From NCBI RefSeq assembly GCF_009914755.1, contig NC_060947.1: a stretch of DNA of 64,000 nt; one strand, written 5' to 3'. Below are positions 14,022 to 25,357 of this stretch, piece by piece (within the stretch, counting starts at the first letter, position 1; each line of letters opens with the position of its first letter). The notes under the pieces were generated by a model. It was given only the letters and a program-made list of their open reading frames with translations. It made no database searches and was not told the DNA's origin. The position numbers and the translations under genes were made by a program. Source of the stretch: the human T2T-CHM13v2.0 reference genome, Homo sapiens.

Positions 14022-15318
14022 TTTGGACTTCTTGTTATATAAGACGTTAATATACTGTCATTGTTTAAAAAAATTTTTTTTTGTTAGATACTCTGCTGAG
14101 AGTGTCCTAATGGGTATAATCCTGATTTAATAGTTGAAAAAGCTAAGGTTCAGAAGGTTCAGAGAAGTTGAGTCATAGAGTTAGTAGCAGAGAGGGGCTG
14201 CTACTAACTCTCTCCTCTGCCTCTGAACTCTACAGTCTTAGGGGATCCCTGGGGCCTCCTCAGGGTTGGGGGAGGGGTGCCAGTGGTTGAGCTCTGTGTT
14301 CCTGCCTCCCTTTCCCCACCCAAATCAGAGCAGTGGGGGCTTTTATCTGATTTACCTTACTGTCTTCTCACTAACATTCTGTTTGAAACAAAGGACTACA
14401 AGGTTTAAAAATATTTTAAGCCACAGTCTTACCACTTGCCCTTTAATCACCAACAGCGGCTCTATGCCCCACCACAGGGGAAAAAATTGCAAAGAAAATG
14501 TCTTTTTTAAGAGGAAACAGAGAGTGAGTAGTATTTTTATTTCCTAGGTTAAAGCCCAGAGATCCTAACAAACTGCTCACTCATGTGCGCACACATGCAA
14601 CCTACAAACACATACACAAATGCACTTTTGAAGCATATACATTCAGACACACCACTCACTTTATTTTTCATCCTATTAGGCTCTCTCAGGTTATAAAGCA
14701 CAGAGACACAATGAGGTTAGCACAGGTGCCGGGGTCTATAGAAGCCCCTGGAGGGCCAAGCATGAGCAAGAGCTCCTGCCTTGCTTCTGGAAATGGCAGC
14801 AGCCACAGCCAGACTTGTCATCTGGTCTTGTCCTCAGCTGCTCCAGACTCCAGAGCCACCTCCATTCTTGAGAACCAGCTTCTTTTGGCTTCTACTGCTC
14901 CCTCTCAAGGTGTCCAGAATTAGACACTTTCCCCCAGAGTGGATCTCATCAAGTGCGCTCCTCACCACACCGTGCAGATGCACCAGCCTTGCTGGGGCTC
15001 CTCAGAGTTCTCAAGCCAGGACACCTCATGCCCAGGGTGCAGATACCCGATCCAATCAAAGGTAACAGGGTAATCAGGTAACAGAGTTAAATGACATATA
15101 ACACAGGTGGCAACTTATGCAAAAGGAACCTGTCTCCTCAAAATGGAATGATGAGCATTGCAAGTGCTTACCATTTAATCAGCCCCATTGCAGCTGCCTG
15201 AGAGCAAGTGGGGACTGCCCTCCTTTCCTCCCTCTCTGCAGTGCTTTCCTCCCTCTCCCTTCTTTTCTCCCCTCCTTCCTTTGCTCTTTTATTCAATGAA
15301 CATTTCTTTGATGCCTGC

Positions 15319-15851
15319 TGTTCCAGTTATCTATTGCTGCATGATAAATGATCCCTAAATTTAGTAACTTCAAAGGAAAACCATTTTATTACATCTCACA
15401 ACTTTGCGGGGTGTCAGAATTCAGGCAGGGCTCGGCTGGGCGGTTCTTTTGTTCCTTATATGGTATCTGCTGAGAACACTCAGCAGTATTTGCTAGCAGC
15501 CTGGTTGGTCTAGAGGGTCCAAGATGGGCTGTGTCTAGTGCCTCGGCCAGAAAGGTTAAAAGGCTGGGCTCGCTGGGCCACTCTCCCATATCATATGATC
15601 TCAGGGCCTCTCCATGTGATGTCTCTAGTAGGTGAGTCAGACATCTTATGTGGCAGTTCTAAGAGTGAGTGTTCCAAGAAACAGGAAGCGTAAGCTGCCA
15701 GGGTCTTAAGGCCTGGGCACCAAAATTGGCACAGCATCACTTCTGCCATATTCTGTTTGTCAAAGAAGTCACAGAACCCACCCAGATTTAAAGGAAGAGA
15801 TCTAGACTTCCAGGAGTGTGAAAGCATTGGTGGCCATCTTTAATCCGCCAC
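15319..15851 (-). mobile_element. MLT1H/I-like MaLR LTR
   Basis: TGTTCCAGTTATCTATTGCTGC...GGCCATCTTTAATCCGCCACA. Confidence 0.75.
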
Positions 15852-16235
15852 ATCTCCTTTCTGCTGGGAATTGGGAGAAATGCTGTGGAATTAAAAATAA
15901 AATAACATGAACACTGCCATTTTGTTCCCTTTTTATTTCTGCTGGGTTCAGTCCATATCTGGGGGTAAACTTTCCCTAAGCTACAGGAAAAACTTTGACA
16001 TTGCAATGAGTGTGTGTGTGTGTGTGTTGGCCAAGTGGGTCAGAGGGTGGTTGGGGGTGGAGTAGGAGATAGAAACTGATCAGGGCAGAGTTGCTCTCAA
16101 GAGATAATATTGGGTGGGGGTTAAGATCCAGGAGAAAAGAAACTGCAGCGTACAAGACTGGGGCCAGGCTAGGTAGGTGGAGGCAGAGAGGAAAGCTCTG
16201 TTGGCAGTTGTCAGGGGAGGGAATTACCTTGAGGA

Positions 16236-16610
16236 TGCCTTAGTCTGGGTTCCCCCTACAAGCAGACCCTAAAACAAAGATTTGAGAGCAGGTAGTTTGT
16301 TGGGGAGGTGATCCCGGGAGGCATGATGAGGGGCTGGGGAAGTGAGACAGGGAAGGGAGAGAAACCAATCAAGGGTGTGCTAAGGAACAGGTAGGCAACA
16401 GGGCTCAATCCTGCTAGGGCCCCCTGTGTGGAACATGCCCCATACCCTGGGGTTGTTGACTGAAGAGCCCGGAACTAGGCTGTTTATGCATCAACTCCCC
16501 TCCATCTGTGATCAAGAGTTGTTCTTAGGATGTTAACCCCCCAGCACCAGTGACCTACTCTGCCACAGTGACCATCCCAGGAAACAGTCATTGTGTCTGT
16601 TTTGGTGGCC
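16236..16610 (-). mobile_element. LTR16-family LTR
   Basis: TGCCTTAGTCTGGGTTCCCC...AAGCAGACCCT...GGGAGGTGATCCC...GAAGTGAGACAGGGAAGGGAG. Confidence 0.7.
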
Positions 16611-17515
16611 TCCAGCATTGGCGAAGGGAGCTTGGGCAGTGCCCTGATGAAACTCTTTATTCCCTTTACAGTGAGATATACACAGGGTCTCTGCCTTGCA
16701 CACCTCCAGGGGCGATTGTCACGCTGTATCTTAAGTGAGAGTTACCCCCTGGCAACGTAAAACTCAGCAGCCTGGATATTTGGATGTAACTCCTTCCTCC
16801 ATCTTCCCACAAATTCTTCATTACAACCTGCATGGCCCATGAATGCTTTAGGAATGAGCAGATTCTCTTTGGGGTGTGTGAAGAATGCTGAGTCCTAAGC
16901 TAAGGTCAGCTCTGAGCTAAAACACTTAGGCAGGGACAACTAGTACATGTGGTCCCCTTATCTGTCTTCTTGCAACAGAGAGAGTCTGGGAATAAGAGAA
17001 AGAGAGCACCTTCAGAACCATGAGACCAGCCTTGGGGACTTTGTCTTGTGTCTTCTAAGACTTCAGAAACACAGGAGTTCACTGAGAACAGATCAAATTA
17101 GCAAGTTCATTCACCCTTCGTGGCTCCATTTTGTCAGCCAGCCCCTAAGCGGACCTATCTTGTCCACCCTGGCGCTCCCCGCCTCTGCTCTCCAGCCATG
17201 TGGGTAGCACAAAGGGTACTGCCTGTGAAGTTCTGCAGCCCAGTTTGGAGACTTTCCCTGACATTCCTTATTTGTGTGACCTGAAGGAAATCACTTGACA
17301 CCTCTGAGTTTCCGTTCCCTCATCTAAGATTATCTCTCAGGCCTCTTGGACTCTGGCAGTCTGTGATTTTGTGATTCTATGAAGAATGAGAGAGATGCCT
17401 ATCAGTAAACATTGAGGAGTTATAATAAAACTACTATGCAACTGAAAGCTTCACATGATTATGACCGCTCTGGCAATGCAGAGCGCTCTGTGAGAAACAG
17501 TCTCCGTCTCATTTA

Positions 17516-18004
17516 GTGTTGGTCCCCCTCTATCGCAGGGGATATGTTCCAAGACCCCCAGTGGATGCCTGAAACCACAGATAGTACCGAGCCTAATCAA
17601 GGAATGCCAAGGTCAAATTTTCAGTTAAAAGGAAGCACTTTATGGCTTCTCTTTGGTATATCGGAATTGCCAGCAGCACTACTCTTGCACTTTGGGGCCA
17701 TTATTAAGTAAAATAAGGGTTACTTAAACACAAACACTTTGATACCGTGACAGTTGATCCGATAACCAAGATGACTACTGCCTAATGGATGGGTAGCATA
17801 GATAGTGTGGGTCCTCTAGACAAAGGGATGATACACGTTCTGGGCAGAATGGAACAGGACAATGCAAGATTGCATCACATTACTCAGAATGGTGCACAAT
17901 TTAAGTTTATTTCCAGAATTTTCCATGTAATCTTTTCGGACTAAGGTTGACTGCAGGTAAGTGAAAGTACAGAAAACGAAACCATGGACAAGGGGGTAGT
18001 ATTG
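17516..18004. mobile_element. MER44-like TcMar-Tigger DNA transposon
   Basis: GGGGATATGTTCCAAGACCCCCAGTGGATGCCTGAAACC...GAAACCATGGACAAGGGGGTAGTATTG; degenerate TIRs, flanked by TA. Confidence 0.8.
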
Positions 18005-18278
18005 TATTCTCTTTACATAGGAGCCTCCCTACTCCACGCACTCTCACGCTGCCTCACACACCCCTAGCAACAACTCAGTGTCCTTGGTTACTCCGTAAAA
18101 TTCAAGTGGAGAGCCTCTGCTTCTCCAGTGTTCTCTTCTTGATAGGGTTGGGGAGGATACCCCCAGATCCTTAGCCTCACCGATAAGCACTGAGAGGCCT
18201 CAGGCCAGGAGTGGATACAACACAGGGACTCGACTCACTAGTTCATGCCCACACTCTTTTCTGCTTAGGCTCTGATGA

Positions 18279-19078
18279 TGCATTAGTCCGTTCTTGCACT
18301 GTCTATTAGTCCATTTTCAGGCTATTGATAAAGACATACCTGAGATTGGGAAGAAAAAGAGGTTTAATTGGACTTACAGTTCCACATGGCTGGGGAGGCC
18401 TCAGAATCATGGTGGAAGGTGAAAGGCCTCTTATATGGCGGTGGCAAGAGAAAATGTGGAGGAAGCAAAAGTGGAAATCCCTGATAAACCCATCAGATCT
18501 CGTAAGACTTATTCACTATCACAAGAATAGCATGGGAAAGACGAGCCCCGTGATTCAGTTACCTCCCCCTGGATCCCTCCCACAACACATGGGAATTCTG
18601 GGAGATATAATTCAAGTTGAGATTTGAGTGGGAACACAGCCAAACCATATCACACTGAAATACCTGAGACTGGGTATTTTCTTTATTTTTTATTTTTTCC
18701 TTTTTTTTTGAGACTGGGTAATTTATAAGAAAAGAGGTTTAATTGCCTCACAATTCTGCAGGCCGTACAGGAAGCATAGCAGCTTCTGTTCTGGGGAGGC
18801 CTCAAGAAACTTCCAATCACAATGGAAGGCAAAGGGGGAGTGAGACATCTCACATGGCCAGAGCAGGAGGAGGAAGGGTGGGGAGGTGCCACACACTTTT
18901 AAACAACCAGATCTGTTGAGAACTCACTCACTATACAGTACTAAGGGGTGATGCTGCTAAACTATTCGTGGGAACTCTGTCCCATGATCCAATCATCTCC
19001 CACCAGGCCCCACCTCCAACAATGGCAATTACAATTCAAATTGAGATTTGAGCAGGGACACAAATCCAAACCATATCA
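18279..19078 (-). mobile_element. MSTA-like MaLR LTR (host)
   Basis: TGCATTAGTCCGTTCTTGCACTG...CAAATCCAAACCATATCA; flanks GATGA/GATGG. Confidence 0.85.
18302..18652 (-). mobile_element. THE1C-like MaLR LTR nested in MSTA
   Basis: Complete LTR bounded by a perfect TSD CACTG (18297-18301, 18653-18657). Confidence 0.9.
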
Positions 19079-19189
19079 GATGGGTTGTCATGTGTTGACA
19101 CAGGCTGGCCTTACTGCTCCAATTGCCCTTATTTAGGGGGCCTTTCAGCTGTTCTGTTTCCAGAATGATCTGTAGGCTGCATCCTAAGG

Positions 19190-19740
19190 AGGATGCTTTC
19201 GGTTGCAAGTAACAGAAACCCTCAACTCAAAATGTTAAGGGAGTTTACTTTCACTTAACTAGAAACCCCAAGGCAGGAAGTGCCCTGAGATGCGCACTTC
19301 AAGGCTGCTCTTCTGTGATTCTCTCTGCCCTCCTTGGTGTATGTGTGAGTTTCAGCCTCCAACTGGTCCCAAAAAGGCTACTGCAGTTCCAGGCATCACA
19401 TGCAGACACACAACCTCCAGTGGCAAGGAACTGTTCTCTTTCCAGCCAGGAGTGATATTCAAAACATTCAACAACCTGTACAGTAGGTCATAACCTACCA
19501 GTAAGAAAAAACTCTAGCTGTACTGGTACAGGCCAGCTGAATATCACGAATGTTTCCAGGGTTGCCTTCCTAAGTAAAATAAGGCCCCTCAACCGAATTA
19601 ACTCACAGCTCATTGGCCAACACTGGATCACATGACCCCACTCCCAAAACCAGTTTCTGGGAGATTACCATTGATTGGGCTAGAAGGGTAAAGCTCTGCC
19701 TCTGAATTGGGATGGCATCCCCCTTCTTGAGGCTGGACAT
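19190..19740 (-). mobile_element. Old MaLR LTR (MLT1K/L-like)
   Basis: GGATGCTTTCGGTTGCAAGTAACAGAAACCCTCAACTCAAA. Confidence 0.6.
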
Positions 19741-20769
19741 CTGAATTCGATTCGGGTTCCTTTAGCAGTGTGGAGGTTGAGGAGGCCATCAATCCCATCT
19801 GCTTCACAGGGTTATACCACCGGCCCCTCCAAAATCACAGGCTCCTTATGCTGGATTCAGATCCACTGCAAAACCTGGCATGGGCATCTCGTTTTTGCTC
19901 CCTTGCTTCTTTTTGCAACTGTAACTGCTTTATGCTTTTTATGAAATTTATCCTTATAATCTCTGCAAAGTACGAAATGACGACCATTTGGTTTGGTTAG
20001 GCCCATTTCACGGATGGACAAACTGAATGCTGTTAAATGAGTCATTTGGGAGAGCCTAGGATATGGTTAATCGAGGAGGCCTTGTGACAGACAAGCAGAT
20101 CCTACTCAGCTGCCTGCCTTTCTCCCTCCCTCTTACTCACACCCACCTCTCCTTTGGCTTAATTGATAGGCAAATTATTGAGTATTCAGCCAGGCTGGGG
20201 GCCAGGAGGCTGTTTATAGCCTGCAGATCTTGCCTTTTCTACCTGGATGAGTCTGCCAGCAGCCATCAGATAATCGGGCTCTTCCAGTGACAAGGGCATG
20301 ATGGATTTCCCCCATTACTTGATATCAATGCTTTTGTTAGTTTGCATTTTATGCAGTGCCTTTCCTCTCAGCAACTCAAGGCCTTTTGCAGAGTCTTATG
20401 TAATGGAAAATAATTCTGCAAGGTAGGCAGACCAGGCAAGGCCAGAATACAGAAACCGCATTCCTTACACACATGCGCAGCAACCCTGCTGGGGCCCATC
20501 TGCGTTGGGGTGCGACATTCACAGCACTTTGAGATGATAAGAGAGTACAGACCCAGACGAAGTGGGACACAATTGCCTTTGCTGAGCTCCAAGGAGGCCC
20601 CTCTCTCTGTGCTTGGGCCACTGGCTTTTAAATAGGAAAGGGAGGGGCTTTAAGAAAGAGAGAGATCTTGGTCAAAACAAAACAAAAACAAAGAAAGAAA
20701 GAGAGAGAGAGGTAAGGGAGGGAGGAATGGGGTAACTATCCAAAAAAGTCAGTAAGGACAAGAAAGCGT

Positions 20770-21517
20770 GCTCAACAACATTGGTCATCTGGGAAATGGA
20801 AATTCAAACCACCACGAAATGACACTACCCCACCAGCATGACTAAGACAGCACAACAAAACAAATAACTGGTAATATAAGTATTGGTAAGGATGTGGAGT
20901 AACAGGAACTTCATAGCCTACTGATGGGTGTGTAACTTGGCAGAGCCACAGTGGAGAATTGTTCAGTAACCTCCGAAGCTGAACGGCTTGCTCCATGACC
21001 CAGCAGTTCTACTCCTAGGTAAATGCCCACAGATAAGCACATATATTCCCCCAGAGACCTGTGAAATGGTGCTCATCACAGCACTATTCACATTAGCCCA
21101 GATTGGAGACAACCCACCCAAATGTCTCTTGGAAATGGAATGGGTAAATAGATTGTGGTGTGTTTCTTCTGCAGAATATTATACAGCAATGAAAAAGGAC
21201 AAAGTACAGCTTCATAGAACAACGTAGACAACTTTCATATACATAATGGGGAGGAAAGAAGGCAGACACGAAGGAGTGCATTCTGTGAAATTTCATTTAT
21301 ATGAAGTCCAAGACAGGGCTAAAGTAATCTGTGGTGGCAGAAATCAGAAAAGCAGTTGCCTATCAACTGGGAAGCATGCAGGCATTATCTGGGGTGCTGA
21401 TGATGGGCTAGATCTTGATCTCAGTGGTGGCTAACGCGTGAGTTGACTTTGTAAAAATGTATCAAGCTGCACCCTCATGGTTTACACACTTTACTGTCTA
21501 TATGTTGTACTTCAAAA
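20770..21517 (+). mobile_element. L1ME/MD fragment (ORF2 end plus 3'UTR)
   Basis: GGAAATGGAAATTCAAACCAC...GGTAAGGATGTGGAG...ATGACCCAGCAGTTCTACTCCTAGG...GAATATTATACAGCAATGAAAA. Confidence 0.85.
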
Positions 21518-21712
21518 GAGGTTTGCAGTGAGGATGGGAGGAACAGGAAGAGGAGAGTAAAGGAAATACAGACATGCTTCTAATTGTAAACAAGTTGGAT
21601 TGTAGTGACTGTCTTTGAATTCACTTGTTCATTTGCCCAAAGGGACCATCACTCCCTCCACCTATTGGTGGCAGCAGAGTTAGTATACATTTTTTTTTCT
21701 GGTGCTTAGCTT

Positions 21713-21871
21713 GCTTTCTTTTCCTTCCTTCCTTCCTTCCTTCCTTCCTTCCTTCCTTCCTTCCTCCTTCCTTCCCTTTCCCTTTCCCCTTCCTTTCCTT
21801 TCCTTTCCTTCCTTCCTTCCTTTCTTCCTTCCTTCCTTTCTTCCTTCCTTCCTTCTTTCCTCTTTTTCTTC
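21713..21871. repeat. (TTCC)n/(TTTCC)n polypyrimidine tract
   Basis: ~160 bp made almost entirely of C and T. Confidence 0.95.
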
Positions 21872-21990
21872 AGAGATGAAGGTCTTGCTATGTTACCCAG
21901 GCTGGTCTTGAAATCCTATGTTCAAGCGATCCTCCTGCCTCAGCCTCCTGAATAGCTGGTACTACAGGTGTGAACACACCACACCCAGCC
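21872..21990 (-). mobile_element. FLAM (Alu monomer)
   Basis: GTCTTGCTATGTTACCCAGGCTGGTCTTGAA...CACCACACCCAGCC. Confidence 0.85.
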
Positions 21991-22376
21991 AGTGTTTAGC
22001 TTTCTATCAAAGTCTGTGGCCCAAAATTTCATAAGCAGAGAAGCTTCTATTTAGAGTAAGGCCAAAGGCACTAGGGATACATGGCTTCATTCATTCACTC
22101 ATTTATTCATTTATTCATTCATTCAACCATGAAAGACAGGAAGAATTACTATGTGATTCTGGAAGCCTTTGGCCAGAGCTAGATGTTCTGTTTCTAGTTG
22201 TCCTCTTATCAGCAACAAGACTTTTCAGTCCATCTGGGGTAAAAGTCGGAGGTGAAGGTGGGAACAACCACTTCTGTAAAAACTGCTTCCCCTCCCTTTT
22301 TCCCTAGATGCGTTGAATGAGGGCTAATATCTGCTAGAGTGGAAAGCGACAAGGTAGTGGCAGCCTTGAAAAAGAG

Positions 22377-22848
22377 TGTATTAGTCTGCTCTGGCTGCAG
22401 TGACAACATACAATAAACTGGGTGGCATAAACATCAGAAATGTATTGTCTCACAGTTTTCTGGAGGCTGGAAGTCCAAGGTCAAGGTGTTGGCAGGGTTG
22501 GTTTCTTCTAAGGGCTGTGAGGAGAATCTGTTCCCTGTTTCTCTCCCAGTTTCTGGTAGTTTCCTGGCAATCTTTGGCATTCCTTGGCTTGTAGAAGCAT
22601 CACCCTGATCTCTGCCTGCATCTTCATGTAGCATTCTCCCTCAGGACATGTCTGTCTCTCTGTCCAATTGTCCCCTTTTTCTAAGGACACCAGTCACACT
22701 GGATTCAGGACCACCCTAATGACCTCATTTTAACTTGATTACAGAGGTAATTAAGCCTCTGCTTCTAAATAAGGCCACATTCTGAGGTCCTGGGGATTAG
22801 GACTTCAACACAGTTTTTTTGGGGGGAGACAAAGTTCAGCCCATAACA
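22377..22848 (-). mobile_element. MLT1C-like MaLR LTR
   Basis: TGTATTAGTCTGCTC...TGGAGGCTGGAAGTCCAAGGTCAAGGTG...CAGCCCATAACA. Confidence 0.85.
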
Positions 22849-22863
22849 GAGGTGAATGACTCC

Positions 22864-23216
22864 TGTATTTGTCTGTTCTCACACTGCTAATAAAGACAGG
22901 CCTGAGACTGGGTAATTTATAAAGAAAAGAGGTTTAATGGACTCACAGTTCCACATGGCTGGGGAGGCCTCACAATTATGGTGAAAGGCGAATGAGGAGC
23001 CAAGTCACATCTTACATGGCAGCAGGCAAGAGATTGTCTCCCCTTAATAAAACCATCAGATCTCGTGAGACTTATTCACTATCACCAGAATAGCAAGGGA
23101 AAGACCCGCCCTCATGATTCAATTACCTCCCACTGGGTCCCCCCAACGACACATGGGAATTATGGGAGCTATAATTCAAGATGAGACTTGGATAGGGACA
23201 CAGCCAAGCCAAATCA
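22864..23216 (-). mobile_element. THE1B-like MaLR LTR
   Basis: TTCTCACACTGCTAATAAAGAC...GGACTCACAGTTCCACATGGCTGGGGAGGCC; flanks ACTCC/GCTCC. Confidence 0.88.
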
Positions 23217-23399
23217 GCTCCACTCCCAGCACTGTTCCTCCACTGTGTCTGGGGCACATAGGTTGGAAAAGGCTGACAAGGGACCAGAGGCTCCTAAAAC
23301 ACATTTAGTACCCATTTCCATATGGGAAGGGGAAATCAGCCTGAGGAAGACTTCAAGGTTTCCCCAAGGTAGAATGGGGAGAAGCTGTGGAAACAGATC

Positions 23400-23610
23400 A
23401 TCATGGCTGCAGGCACAAGCTCAGGAGACAGATAGGTTTCGTTCAAATTCTGGCTCCACTCGTGGACCCACACTCCCATTATATGACATAGAGCATGTTA
23501 CATTATGTTCTCTAAGTGTCAGTTTCCTATCATCTCTAAAGTTGGGACTCTAGTTTCCACCTGGCAGGGCTGTCATGGAGCTCGGCTTTGACAGAGCATA
23601 TAAACTGGAT
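23400..23610 (+). mobile_element. MIR (interrupted by an Alu)
   Basis: GTTCAAATTCTGGCTCCAC...TCAGTTTCCTATCATCTCTAAA. Confidence 0.55.
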
Positions 23611-23613
23611 AGG

Positions 23614-23922
23614 GGCCAGGGATGGTTGGCTTATGCCTGTAATCCCAGCGCTTTGGGAGGCCAAGAAAGGTGGATCACTTGAGGTCAAGAGTTCGAGACT
23701 AGCCTGGCCAACTTGGCAAAACCCTGTTGCTACTAAAAATACAAAACTTAGCTGGGTGTGGTGACACACGCCTGTAGTCCCAGCTACTTGGGAGGCTGAG
23801 GCATGAGAATTGCTTGAACCTGGGAGAGAGAGGTTGCAGTGAGCCAGGATGGCACCACTGCACTCTATCTAGCCTGGCCAACAGAGTGAGATTCCATCTC
23901 AATAAATAAATAAATAAATAAA
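23614..23922 (+). mobile_element. Alu with an (AAAT)n tail
   Basis: Full dimer; near-TSD TAAACTGGATAGG/TAAAGTGGATAGG. Confidence 0.95.
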
Positions 23923-24101
23923 TAAAGTGGATAGGGCTGTACCCGGTGCTCAGACAGAACGTGATACATGCAAGGAATTACTGTTTGGTCCTGGGAGAGA
24001 CTCAAGGTGGACAGAACCATTAAGTTGGAGCTTTAGTAGCTGTAGAGAGAGCAGCTTTTAAGCTGACTAAACAGTTTTTTAATTATTTACATCATATATG
24101 G

Positions 24102-24330
24102 ATTTTTTTTTCTTTTTTTAGAGACAGAGTCTCATTCTGTCACCTAGGCTGGAGCGTAAAGGTGCAATCATAGCTCAATGAAACCTTGAACTCTTGAGCT
24201 AAAGCAATCCTCTTGCCTCAGCCTCCTGAGTAGCTGGGACTACAGGCATGCACCACAGTGCCCGGCTAATTTTTTTTTTTTTTTTTTTTTTTTTGGTAGA
24301 GATGAGGTCTCGCTATGTTGCACGGCCTGG
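24102..24330 (-). mobile_element. AluJ, left arm truncated
   Basis: Right arm plus an expanded middle T tract, ending after GTCTCGCTATGTTGCACGGCCTGG. Confidence 0.88.
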
Positions 24331-24349
24331 GTATAGTTTTTTTTTTTTT

Positions 24350-25235
24350 AAAAATGCAAACACAGTAGAAGGGTTCAAGGTGAAAAGCACCTCTCCTCAC
24401 TATCCCCCAGTCCTCTAGGCCCACACCCCTAGAATTTTTCCAAACATATGTATAATATCTATGTATTTTTAAAAAACTTTTCAGATACAGAAATGGGATC
24501 ACTGCAGACGGTGTAGTGCTCCATTCATATCCCCTGGATCACCCCCACCCTCCTCCAGAGGCGCCTGCAGACATTTCACTCAAAGCCTACCTCTTCCTGT
24601 ATCTCTCTCTGCAGGAGGATGCTCTCTGGCCAAGGAGCATGATCGCTTGCACTTGGGGCTGGCTGGAAATGCCGGGGAATGGATGCCCCTCAACCACTGA
24701 GGGGCAGGAGTTGGTGGATAAATATCCCAGCTTCCTTGTCTCTTGGCGACATGATTCTGAGGTTTGTTCTGCCCCATGGGATGGAGCCCCAGTTGCCCAC
24801 AGTGGTAACCGGCTCATTTTTCCCAGCCTTATTGGCTTTCCTCCCTGTGCTGTCACTTCCCCACTCCCTCACTGTGCTTCCTGAATCACCTCCCAAATAA
24901 TGACTTGCACTGAAATCCTTGTCTCAAGGTCTGCTTTGGGGGAAACCCAACTAAGATAGGGACAATACAGTCACACACTTCTCTGCGTCTTTTTTTCAGC
25001 TGGCAGTATGGCTCACAGATCTTTTCCTATCAGCACATATTGAAGGACTGTTTATTATAATCTGGGTGTGCCAAATTAACTTAGCCAGTCCTCTTCTGAT
25101 GGGCATGTAGGTTGCTCTCAATTTTTTGCTCTTATGAACAAGGTGGTAATGGGCAGGCTTGTGCATGGATCTTGCTGCATATGGGCAAGTATATCAGAAG
25201 AGTACCTTTCTAGAAGAATTACTGGGTCAAAAGGT
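24350..25235 (-). mobile_element. L1ME fragments (interrupted by an LTR16)
   Basis: CTGATGGGCATGTAGGTTG...TAGAAGAATTACTGGGTCAAAAGG. Confidence 0.6.
24512..24958 (+). mobile_element. LTR16-family solo LTR
   Basis: TGTAGTG...ATCACCTCCCAAATAA...AAATCCTTGTCTCAAGGTCTGCTTTGGGGGAAACCCAACTAAGATA. Confidence 0.75.
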
Positions 25236-25241
25236 AAGAGA

Positions 25242-25357
25242 GGCCAGGTGCGGTGGCTCACACCTGTAATCCTAGCACTTCGGGAGGCCAAGGCGGGAGG
25301 ATTGCTTGAGCTCGGGAGTTTGAGACCAGACTGAGTAACATAGTGAGATCCCATCCC
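25242..25357 (+). mobile_element. FLAM / Alu left monomer
   Basis: GGCCAGGTGCGGTGGCTCACACCTGTAATCC...AACATAGTGAGATCCCATC. Confidence 0.85.

Noticed and set aside
17953-17962. CAG|GTAAGT perfect donor / recursive-site-like motif
   Set aside because: Lies inside the MER44 terminus and has no upstream polypyrimidine tract.
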